This document shows, piece after piece, positions 37,923 through 49,589 of a stretch of DNA of 64,000 nt. A program made the position numbers and the translations under genes. The notes under the pieces are model-generated. The model made no database searches and was not told the origin of the DNA. It saw only the letters and a list, made by a program, of their open reading frames with translations. The first letter of the stretch is position 1, and each line of letters opens with the position of its first letter. Source of the stretch: Azolla caroliniana (taxonomy: Eukaryota; Plantae; Polypodiophyta); assembly GCA_043228905.1 (NCBI GenBank), contig JBHGNT010000014.1:3038001-3102000 (forward strand). The letters run 5' to 3'.

Positions 37923-40850
37923 ATGGCACTGTCGGAGGAGGCACGCCAATGGATGATGGAGAACGGGTTAGAAGGATTGTTGCGGATCGCCGACACTCCA
38001 CCACACGCAGAACCAGAGCAGGCGGCAGCATCGATTGATTTATCAGAAATCACGGAAGGAGCGGTGCAGGCGCTCACGAGGATAAAAGCAGGAGGACTTC
38101 AAACGATCGAAAACCCTTCAAGTGAAATCCTGTTCGAATATTTCGGTGAGTATTCCATCAGCAGCAAGGCGTACCGAACACAGAGCGAAGAGAACCTGCT
38201 GTTCGGAGAAGTGGCCCACGCCATGATGGAATACGGATTCGTGAATTCTCGTCCCCCGGCCATAGCCAGGTACCGGGCAGCGTTCTTAATTGCAACGTAC
38301 GAAGGATTACAAGTGGACTGGCTCCATTTCATAACCGAAGGATTGAAGGAGGCCATCAAGAACCTTGTGGAAGGAAAAAAGCCATGGGCCGGGATAGCAC
38401 AATGGCTAACGGTGTTAGTCCCACCGGTGCTCCCCATCAAACAAAAGAAAAGAGGTCGGTAGGAGACGACGCCGAAAAAGGTCACAAAGCGCCGATATAT
38501 CCTGGAGAAACACACCCCCGGATGGACCCAGGAAGAAGCAGAACAGCGGGAGGAAGGACCATCCCGACAGCAATAGGAACCGGCAACAAAGGCAAAACCG
38601 GCAGGAAAAGGCAAAGGAAAATCGGTCGAGGAGGAACCGGTAGCGCTCAAACCAATCAATATAACGCTGCGACGGCCGGAACTAGAACCAGAGGTCTTTA
38701 TACAAAAGGTCCGTCTGGTAGCCGCACCGGAGGAGGAAGCTGAAACAGAAGACTCATCCGAACCACTGGTAAGACTCCCAGCAAGACAAGGTCGGGAGAG
38801 ACGGGCGAGAGGACCGGCTCCACCAGTTGACAAAACTCAGCAGAGGGCGCAAGGATCACCTCCAGTAGCCGGGGCGGAAGCAGTACCGGAACCCGTACCG
38901 AGGGAAGCAGCACCGACACCGGTTTTGCCGGACTTCAGAGAACCGGTCATCCCAGAGAAGAGGAATGAACAAGCGCCAGAGCCAGAGAAAAGGCGGGAAA
39001 AACAACCTGAGTTAAGGAGTAGAAGTGAGCAATGCTACCCCGACACAGGAAGCACAAAGCCACAATGGTTGAGATGGCTTTCGGAGCAGTTATCGGGAGT
39101 AGCGGACCAGTTAGAGGAAGAAGAAACGTGTAGGCAACATCTGACGCATACAACAACCCAGGAGTTGGTCGCGCTCCGAACACAGATCCAGGAATTGCAA
39201 GGGGAGCTGTTGCAAGCAAGGGAAGGAATTCAACAAGCACAAGTTGTCACTGAGCCGGTCGGGACAACAAGGAAGCAACCAGAACCGGAACCGGAACCGG
39301 AACCGGTAGCCTTGCAAACCGGCCCTGAGGCCGAAAAAATAATAGAAACCTTACGAGAGGAGTTAAAAGCTTAGGAGGCATTAAGGGAAAAAGAAAGGGA
39401 GCAGCAGAAAGCGGTGGAGGACGACAGACGGAAAATGGAAGAAGGCCTCCGGAAAGGCCGAGCCACTAATGACCGACTGCAAGAAGAAAAAGAGAAGCTG
39501 CAAAAGGAGAAGGACCGACTGCGTCGACAGGCCGAGCAGGAGATAGAACGACTGCAGGAAGAACTCCGACAACAGAAGGACTGGGACGACCGGTTAAGAG
39601 CTCAGGTAAGCCGACGCCTGAAGCAGAAGACGGAGGACTTCGACCGACTCTACCGAGATCACAAGCAGGCCGAGTCGGACAACAAGAAACGGGCAGCAGA
39701 CTACGACCGGCAAATAGAGAAGTTGAAAGAACAGCTCAAAGAGACCCGATTAGAACTGGCTAAGACAATGGACGAGGTCAGTGCCAAAAAGGAAGCATTG
39801 TCGGCGGAAATAACCCAAGCGACGGAGAGAAGGAAGGAATTAGAGGCGCTAAGGCGGGAAAAGCTAGATCTGACCAAGATCAGGAATGAAGAAAAGGAAA
39901 GATCGACCTTCACGATCAACAAACTGCAAAGTACCTATGAAAAGCAGAAAGCGGATTACGAGGCCCAGGCTCAGATAATGGCCGACATTATAAAACGGGC
40001 AAGGAAGGAAAAGCAAGAAGCTTATGTGCATGCTAAGGCGGGGGTTGACCGGATCAAGCTCATCATGTCAGGTTGGAGTACCCGAGCTCAGGCAAGCATC
40101 AACGAAAGTACGGAAAAGCTATGGAAGGAGTGGTCACAACAGGTAGCCAAGCTGCAGACACTCCGAGCTGATGCCGAGAATCAGAGGAAGACCGGTGACA
40201 AGTTCTACAAGATGGATGAAGAAAGTATCGTCGCCATTCGGGAAGAATTGTCGGAGGATTTCTACGCTTTAGCGGAAGAACATCTCAAAGAAATCCGAGG
40301 GTTGGTAGAGAGGTTGGATGACGGGCAGCTCGCAACTCAGTTGGAGTTGGAGAAATACGAGCAGGACCGGTTACGACAGGAAGCCAAGGGAAGAATGACG
40401 CCAATCACTATAAGTGAGGGAGAGCGACCGGCTAAAGTTGAACCAACCGACACCGAACAACCCCGACAAGGAATACCCGAAGAAGAACTTCCGTTCGAAG
40501 GAAATCAAGAAGAGCAGGAGCAGACTGATGCCGGAGAAGAAGAAGAGCTGAGACCGGAAGACACTGGAGCAGAGGAAGAAGGCGCACCGAGCCGACCAGT
40601 TGAGACCGAAGAAAGCGACACTGGTAACAGAACAGAGCCTGGAATGGAGGGAGAATAGGAAGAACCCGGACGGAGCGGTGAGGAAGCACCGGCACCACAG
40701 AATCAAGCAGAGCCGAAGCAGCAAATTTTTACGGAACAGCCAACCCAACCGGAGGTCGGAGACCAGGTAGGCAAGGAACAGGAATTGGAGGAAGAAGCAC
40801 CACTGGACACCTTCGAGCAGAGTGTGCTCGATATTTTGGAGGAAGAATGA
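37923..40850 (+). pseudogene. Extra sense ORF of element C: globular N-terminal domain, low-complexity linker, long coiled coil, acidic tail; disrupted
   Basis: Pieces 37923-38462, 38925-39374 and 39414-40658 extend to TGA 40850; diverged homolog in D (YGFVHPRPLA..RAGFIIATYQGVKVDW). Confidence 0.8.
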
Positions 40851-43112
40851 GGTCGGGAGTGGATTCGAAGTGCAAGGCACTTTCCCACGGGCGTGCCATG
40901 TGTTGACCGGTCAGAAGAGCAAGGACAAGTGGGAAGGCGGAGTCGGATCGGATAATAGGAAGTAAATAATAGTATAATTATTATTCAGAGGGACGGATCC
41001 GGTACAGTTGTACCGATCCGGATCCAGACCGATTCGGATGCCGGTTGCCTAAGCGCACCGATTGTAACCTTGTCGGATGCCTATAAAAGGATCCGATGAT
41101 TTGTAAAGGCTTTACGAAAGTAATACAAATAGAATTATTGCATGTTTATCTGTATCTTTGTATTGTTTTACCGTCTGTGCTTAGTGTAACCATCTTACGC
41201 GTGTAACCTAGCATCCAATCCTTACCACCCCTTTGGAGAAGTGTCGGATAGACACCTGTGTTGAGGCTAGTCTGGCCAGACAGACAACAAGTGTCGCTTT
41301 GCACAACTCTCGGAGCGGGATCAAAGATTGGTGGGGGTGGAAAAAGTCCTAATGTTTGTGAAGTCAATCGATCGGAAAGAAAGGAAGGCCATTGGAATCC
41401 GACTTGAGGATGATGATGGTGCAAATGGCCTCACAGAAGATTGGACAAAAGGGGGAAGAGTATGTCGACTTCACGATGAGAGGAAGACAAGATTTTCATC
41501 GGCAACAACACAACGTACGAGGGATGGTGAAAGGAGGACGGGATGCAACTACAAACTACCACCTAAAGAAGAAAACTCGAAGAGGGAAGGTTCAACAATA
41601 CTCGACATAGAAGTCTTGATGGAAGAGGCATTCAAGAACTTAAAGGCGCAAGTTGAGGCTGAAGAGAAGCTTCAAAAGGAGCAAAAATTGAAGCAAATGA
41701 TGAGCGAGGAAGAAGAGGCCTCCCAATAAATGCGGATTAATGTTACGGCCTATACGAAGGCCCAAGTTCGGTATGACATCATCACGGGAAAAGATGTGGA
41801 ACAAGACGCCTTCTCGTCTTGCAAAGAAACAATGGCGAAGAATGAAACAAATGAATTGAGGATGGTGAATGCCACTTCAAGCGAAGACAAATGTTTCGGA
41901 ACACGCATCGTGTCTAAAACATCAAGTGATGAAGGTGCTAGCATGAGCAAAGTTTGCATGATCAAGGGAAATAAAAACTGTGAGGTCAACATGATTGAGG
42001 AGGTAGCCACGAAAAATGACATCGAGTCAGAGATGGCTATGGACGAGTCAATGGCGGATGGCCATGTCGAGACTTTCTCCACACTTGTTCCAGAAATTCG
42101 GGCAGTTGCGTCACAAAGCAAACGTGAGACCCAAGAGACGGAAGGTGGCGGCGAGGAAGTGAAGGCCGAAGCTAACACATGTGAAGAAGAGGGAGACGTC
42201 AAGCCGAAGAGGGTAGACGACGATGATGAAGAGACTCTCCCCACAAAGGTTCTTGAGACTTGGGCATTAACCGATGTAAGACCCAAGAGACGGAAGGTGG
42301 CAGTGAGAAAACAAAGATCAACGCCAACACGAACAACCATAAGGTGGAAGTGGTAAAGAGTAGCACGACAAAGGCAATGCCAAACTACAAAATTCCTCCA
42401 CACTCGTTTGAGAGACTTGGGCATTAATCGATGTAAGACCCAAGCGAAGGACAATGGCGGCGAGGAAGCAAGGGTTAAAGCCAATGTGTGCAACAAGGAA
42501 GTAAAGCAAAGCAAAATGACGAAAGTCCATGCGTGTGACAAAGAGGTCAAGCAAAGCATGAAGACAAAAGCAAATGTGTGCGATAAAGAGACCAAGCAAA
42601 CCTCAAAAAGCAAAGATGTGGGTGTCATGATATGGCAAGACTCGAACCCATGACCTTATGGTATATGGGTCGAGCTCTTAACCATCACACCATCTATTGT
42701 AATTCATACGATATTATTTTCGTTTATGTTTTATTATAAGAAAGCAATGTATATTCCAGATTTCTCTGGAACATTCTAGAAGTTTCAGGATTATTCCTGA
42801 CAACACTATAAAAGAAGGCACTAGGCATTATGTTGAACCAAATTGGTTCAACGCCAGTCTTAAGCCTCTCAGCCGCTTGTACTTATCTTTTTACATAATA
42901 TATTAGCTGTTGTCATCATCTTTCTCTCTCTCTCATCCTCGCTATCTCTCTCTCTCTCCTCTTCTCACTTCCTCTCTCGGGAATCTTACGCAGTCTCGTC
43001 CTCTTAGTACTAATAGTACTTCTCTTCTTAGTACTAATTCCATCTCTGCTTTAGTACTATTCCTAACAGTTTGAACCAATTTCTCCTTTCCTCCTACCCT
43101 TTTCCCTATACT

Positions 43113-44254
43113 ATGGCTACTATTAGCGCCCAAGAATATCAATCCGTTTTCTCCGAGTTACAGTGCCTAAAAGAAAAGTTTGTTGCTCTGGAACAAGAAA
43201 ACCAACGGTTGATAGGGGATCTGCAACAAATCGCTCTCGAAAAACAACAAACGCAACAACAACATGGGGAGTTAGCATTACGGGTACAACAACTCGAAGC
43301 AGCGTTGCAACAACAAGGTTCAAGTCCCCAAGGATTTCATAAAGAGCCCAAGATTGGACTTCCTGTGAAATTTGATGGAACACGATCACAATTCCGGGGA
43401 TTCCTTAATCAGGTACGCTTAGTCATCCAGATGCATCCTTCCCGATATCCCATTGATGCATCTCAAGTCGGCCTAATAGGCACGTTACTTAGCGGCTCAG
43501 CCTTGGCATGGTTCGCTCCGCTTCTAGAAAAACAATCACCCTTGCTTAATAACTTTGAAGATTTTATTGGTGAGTTTAAAGCCTGCTTTGGAGATACCGA
43601 CAGCATCAGGACGGCTATCAACAAGATCCGAAGATTGCGTCAAGGCGATTATCCAGCCTCTGCCTACGCGGCGGATTTCCGTCTACTCGCCTCAGATATT
43701 CCCTGGGATGATCAGGCCCTCATGGAGCAGTTTCGCTACGGCTTGCGCAATGATGTCAAAGATCTGCTTTTAACCTTCCCCGAAGAACCAAAGTCTCTTA
43801 CGGAGGCAATCAGTCGAGCGGTTCGATGCGACAACCGCCTTTTCGAACGGCGTTCGGAGCGTCAGTTACAAATACCACGCTCTCGGCCGGAACCCACATA
43901 CGCCTTAGTCACGGCTAAACCGTTTGCACGCGATGTACCTCAAGCCAATATTCCGACACCATGCGTCGACGCGGCCCGTTATCGGAAGAAGAAAAGCAAC
44001 GTCGACGTGCCAATAGATTATGTCTTTATTGCGGTGGACCAGGGCATATCGCCATCAATAGTCCCCATAGGCCAAGAAGACAGGTAAATCAAATCGTCGC
44101 TTGTACTAAACCCGAGTCAATTCTTCCCTTCGGAGTGTCTGATAGTATTAATAGTACTAATAGAGTGTCAGATAGTATTCATAGTATTAATAGCCCAAGT
44201 ATCTCAAACAAATTTGAAATCCTTAGTCAATTAGATGAAGAGTTAAACGATTGA
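43113..44254 (+). pseudogene. gag of element E (one frameshift near 43960)
   Basis: KEPKIGLPVKFDG...; QFRYGLRNDVKD; CLYCGGPGH. Confidence 0.9.
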
Positions 44255-47200
44255 GTCCAGCCAAAATAGGAGCCGTTTGGTTGGACAGCAGCCCTAGATC
44301 TGTACAGCCCATTAGTGGTTCCATTCCTTCCAAGCAAGTTAGCAATGTGTTCCTAGCCCAAGTCATTGTTAGTACTAAAAGTACTCCCCCAGTACCCGTC
44401 CTAGCACTCTTAGATTCCGGAGCTAATTCCTGTTTCATGGATCGAAATTTTGCCCAAGCTTCTCAGATATCCCTAAGAAAACTTCCTTGTCCCGCATCTG
44501 TAGTAGTCATTGATGGTCATCCCATTGCTTCCGGGAATATTGTAGAAGAATCAGAACCCATTCAAGTTGTCCTAGGTAGTTTTGTGTGTGTAATATCATT
44601 TAATATAATTAGTAGTCCAGAGCATCCCATTGTCCTAGGATTACCTTGGTTTGAATTACATAATCCAGTCATAGATTGGAGAACAAGAGAAGTCTGATAT
44701 CGACCACCCCAAGAATCTACTCACCGAGTTTCGACCATTTCCCTCCATCAATTACGCGAAGAAGGACACAAGGAGGCAATGTTCCTATTTGCAATATTAG
44801 TACATCCTTCCAGCACTATTAAGAAGGATTCCTCAGTACAACTTCCGGCAAAATATCATCCTTATGCTGATGTATTTGACAAGGTAAAAGCCGGTACCCT
44901 TCCTCATCACCGTCCCTATGACTGTCCCATCGATTTACAACCAGGAACCGAGCCACCATGGGGACCAATTTACAACTTGTCACCCACCGAGTTAGAAGTC
45001 CTTCGAGTCTATATCGAGGAGAACTTAGCAAGCGGGTTCATCCGTCATTCGAAATCTCCGGCCGGTGCACCCATCTTCTTTGTCAAGAAGAAAGATGGCT
45101 CACTTCGTCTCGTCGTTGATTACCGCGGATTGAATAAGGTCACCATCCGGAATAGGTATGCACTTCCTCTTATATCAAGTCTTTTAGAGCGAGTTAATGG
45201 TGCCAAGTTTTTTACCAAAATCGATCTACGAGGAGCGTATAACCTCGTGCGGATCCGACCGGGAGATGAATGGAAGACCGCCTTTCGCACGCGGTATGGG
45301 CATTTCGAGTATACTGTTATGTTGTTCGGCCTAACCAATGCACCCGCAGTCTTCCAACACATGGCAAATGATATATTCAGAGACCTCTTGGATATCTATT
45401 TGATCATCTATCTTGATGATCTATTGATTTATTCGAAGACCCAGCAAGAGCACGATTCTCATGTACTATTATTACTAAAGCGACTCCGCGAGAATGGTCT
45501 TTATGCCAAGCTAGAAAAATGTAGCTTTGACTGCAAGCAAATGGAATTTCTAGGCTACGTCATCTCCTCAAAGGGCATCGCCATGGATCCAGCTAAAGTC
45601 CAAACTGTACTAGAGTGGCAAATTCCACGGTCGGTACGAGATGTACAATGTTTTCTAGGTTTTGCTAACTTCTACCGTAAGTTTATACAGGATTACTCGA
45701 AGATTATCTTACCCCTCACACAACTTACGAAGAAGGGCCAAGCATTTCTTTGGTCCATTGAAGCAGATATGGCTTTTCGGCATCTTAAGAAAGCCTTTAC
45801 ATCAGCACCGATTCTAGCTCATGTGGATACTAGCAAACCATTCATCATAGAGACCGATGCTTCAGATTTCGCCCTCGGTAGCATCCTTTCTCAACAAGGA
45901 GATAAAGAAGAGTTGCATCTGGTGGCTTTCCATTCGCGCAAATTCGATGTTGCGGAAATCAACTATGAAATACATGATAAGGAGTTATTAGCCATCGTGG
46001 ATTCATTTGTGCAATGGCGGCATTTCTTAGAGGGCTCTCCACATCAGGTCGTTGTCTTTAGTGATCATAAAAATCTTGCTTATTTCTAGAACGCTCGCGT
46101 ACTAAATCGACGGCAAGCTCGGTGGGCGCAATTCCTCACACGTTTCGACTTCAAAATCACATATCGACCGGGGAAGCATCAAGGAAAAGCAGATGCACTA
46201 TCACGGCGTTCATATCTTGCACCTCGTCCTGGTGATCCAACATTTGATAATCAAAAGCAAGTAATCTTGGGACCAACACGATTGCACACGACGCGGATTT
46301 TTCACACCCCGATGGATTCACGGATTACGGATGACATACGTGCAAACTTGAAGACAGATTGTTTTGCTCAAGACATCCTGGCGCACATTGATACTTCTCG
46401 GGCATCCTGTTCTCAATCTCAACAACCAGGTATTGACTACCGACAATTCGAATATCATGATGGTTTGTTATTCTTTAAAAAGTGCGTATATGTCCCCGAT
46501 TGCTCCTGTCGCCTTCAAATCGTCCAGCATTGTCACGACACCCATACGGCAGGACATTTCGGTAGTACTAAGACGTTGGAGCTAGTGCATCGATCTTTCT
46601 GGTTGCCCCACATGCGCCGTTTTGTCGACGACTACGTTCGGACCTGTGATGCTTGCTGCCGAGCAAAGATGCCACGACACCATCCATATGGCTTGTTGGA
46701 ACCCTTACCGATTCCAAGTAAGCCGTGGCAGTCTATTTGTCTTGATTTTATCACAGATCTGCCGGTCTCGTAGGGGTTCGACGCTATCTTAACCGTCGTC
46801 GATCGATATACGAAGATGGTACATTTTGTTCCGTGTACTAAGGCCATCACTAGCGAGGAAACCGCCGCCCTAGTCATGCGTGAGGTATTTCGGCATCATG
46901 GCCTCCCAGACAGTATCATCAGTGACCGAGGACCGCAATTTGTCTCCAAATTTTGGCAGCATCTCTTCAAGATGCTCAAGGTCTCTTGCAACCTCTCCTT
47001 CGGCTACCATCCTCAGACTGATGGGCAGGCAGAACGAGCAAACCAAACGCTGGAGCAATATCTCCGGTGTTTCCTGAGTTATCAACAGGACGATTGGGCC
47101 GAGATTCTCCACTTTGCGGAGTTTGCGTATAATAATGTTGTTCACTCCTCGACTCGAGTCTCCCCATTCTACGCTTATACCGGTTCTCATCCTCGCTGGT

Positions 47201-47823
47201 TGGTGATCGACACCCCGGAGCTACCTACCAATCCTCGTGCCAGGGATCATTTGGAGAGACTACGCAAGATCCAGATAGATCTCTCGACTCATCTTCGTCA
47301 TGCTCAACAGACACAGAAGACTTACGCGGATCGTCATCGGCTTCCCTCCTCTTTTGCCATCGGAGATCGAGTATGGCTCTTACATCGTCACATCAAGACT
47401 AGTCGACCGTGCGACAAGTTGGATTATCGACGACTCAGTCCTTTCCGTATTACGGGTAAAGTTAATGATGTCACATTCCGCCTTGATCTCCCTCCGCAAC
47501 TTTAGATACATCCGGTTTTCCATTGTTCTCTTCTTGAACCTCATAAAGCAAACACCATTCCCAATCGTGTTACACCGCCGCCGCCCCCGCTGGAGTTGGA
47601 CGCCAGCCCGAAGTATGAAGTTGCTGCCATCCTCGATTCCAAACTTATTCGCAACAAACTTTATTATTTGGTCGATTGGGTTGGTTATAGTCCGAGCGAA
47701 CGCACTTGGGAACCTGTCAAGCATGTTGCCAATGCTCAGGATTTGCTTGTTGATTTCCACCGAAAATATCCAGACAAACCCGGTCCGCAATCAGCGCCGA
47801 CTCGTTCCACTCATCGTCTTTAA
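44251..47823 (+). pseudogene. pol of element E (PR-RT-RH-IN-chromodomain) in the -1 frame, with several in-frame stops
   Basis: LLDSGA; KIDLRGAYN; YLDD; TDASD; LDFITDLP; SDRGPQF; chromodomain YEVAAILDSK..YLVDWVGY..TWEP. Confidence 0.93.
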
Positions 47824-49589
47824 GGGGGAGATAGTGTCATGATATGGCAAAACTCGAACCCATGACCTTATGGTATATGGGTCGAGCTCTTAACCATCAC
47901 ACCATCTATTGTAATTCATACGATATTATTTTCGTTTATGTTTTATTATAAGAAAGCAATGTATATTCCAGATTTCTCTGGAACATTCTAGAAGTTTCAG
48001 GATTACTCCTGACAACACTATAAAAGAAGGCACTAGGCATTATGTTGAACCAAATTGGTTCAACGCCAGTCTTAAGCCTCTCAACCGCTTGTACTTATCT
48101 TTTTACATAATATATTAGTTGTTGTCATCATCTTTCTCTCTCTCTCATCCTCGCTATCTCTCTCTCTCTCCTCTTCTCACTTCCTCTCTCGGGAATCTTA
48201 CGCAGTCCCGTCCTCTTAGTACTAATAGTACTTCTCTTCTTAGTACTAATTCCATCTCCGCTTTAGTACTATTCTTGACAGTGGGCCAAGTGGGCCAAAC
48301 GGATATGAAAGATGTGATCACAAAATCTAAGGATAATACTAGCGTAGAAGTCATGGTCAATTCCAACACAAGAGTATACCAAGAAATTGGACAAAGTGGG
48401 AAACATGTGGTGTGGTCACTTAAGCACCTGGAGGAGAGCATGACGCTAAATAATGAATCGCTAAGAGTACTCAACCATAGTGTTTCGATAAGGCTTTTGA
48501 AAGACATGCATGGAACAAGAAAGAAGGATAAGAGAAAATTAGATGACCAAGGAGATGGCCAAGATGAAGGTGGCACATGCATAAGGAGTGAAGCATTTTG
48601 CTCAAGAGGAGCAAAGAGAGCCATGACAACCGGTCAAAGAAATGCAAAGACTGAACGAAGAATATGGTGGATCGGATGGCAATGCGATTCGGGTACATCA
48701 ATAAAAAAGTAAAGTAATCAAAAGTGGAACCTCACCAAAATTGGCACATACCGGTGGATGTACAAGTTTGGTGGGGTTGAATGTCGTGTGAATCTTCTCA
48801 CACTATGTAAAAATAAATAAATAATAAAATAAGTACATTATATTAGCTTAATGGCATGTTATAGAAGATGGATGTTTGAGAAGATAGGGAAAATAGAACT
48901 ATTATTTATCCCACATAGATAGGAAACTTACGGCCCTGGCTATATAAACACCTTGAGACCCTCTTTTTTATTTGTGCTAAGAGCACTATGGCCACTTTGT
49001 CTCCATGGATGATGGTGGCCAAGTTCCCAAAAACCAAAAACCGGCGGCCAGTAAGCCAAACTGGAATCGGGCTAGTAAGCAAAATTGGAAATCGATCGGT
49101 AAACAAAACCGGAATTGGCCGGTAATCAAAATCGGGAACTGGCGGCGGAGCCGGTGAGGTGGCGGCAATTGGCGACCACAGGAGGCTGGACGCAAACCGA
49201 ACGGATGATAGGATCATGTGGTTAATTATAGTGAAGTGAAGAAAACTAAAGTAAAGGTCATGTGGACGGTCACATGCAACTAAAAGAAAAAGGCATGCAA
49301 CTAAAAATGGATGCAACTAAAAGTAGAGGCCATGCAACTAAAAGTGGGCATGCAACGTAACATGGAAGGCTATGATCAACAGAGAACTCCATATACATTC
49401 CATTTTTTTTACACTCATCCTATCTCCATATTATTTTTCTTTTCCTTCTCGGTTCCCTTATCTCACAGGGCTATAACACTCATAAACCCTAATTTTCCCT
49501 ACAGAAGCCATAACACTCAAAAACCCTAAATTTCCTTACGGAACTCAAAACCCTAATTTCCTTACGGAAGCCATATCTCTCATAAACCC

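Larger units (their letters stand above)
30265..41289 (+). mobile_element. Non-chromovirus Ty3/gypsy element C with 3' extra ORF; LTRs 30265-30844 and 40901-41289
   Basis: TSD AGTGT (30260-30264, 41290-41294); TG..CA ends; short PBS TGGCGACCACG at 30851-30861; no PPT. Confidence 0.95.
42623..48280 (+). mobile_element. Complete chromoviral (Tcn1-like) Ty3/gypsy element E; 446-bp LTRs 42623-43068 and 47835-48280
   Basis: TSD GTGGG (42618-42622, 48281-48285); PPT AAGGGGGAGATAG at 47822-47834; about 8 LTR differences counted by eye. Confidence 0.97.

Noticed and set aside
37923-40850. env gene call for the extra ORF
   Set aside because: No visible signal peptide or transmembrane helix; it is coiled-coil and acidic.
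41750-42628. 292-aa minus-strand ORF (also 33020-33949 and 30845-31555)
   Set aside because: Antisense shadows of purine-rich coding strands; no independent motifs.
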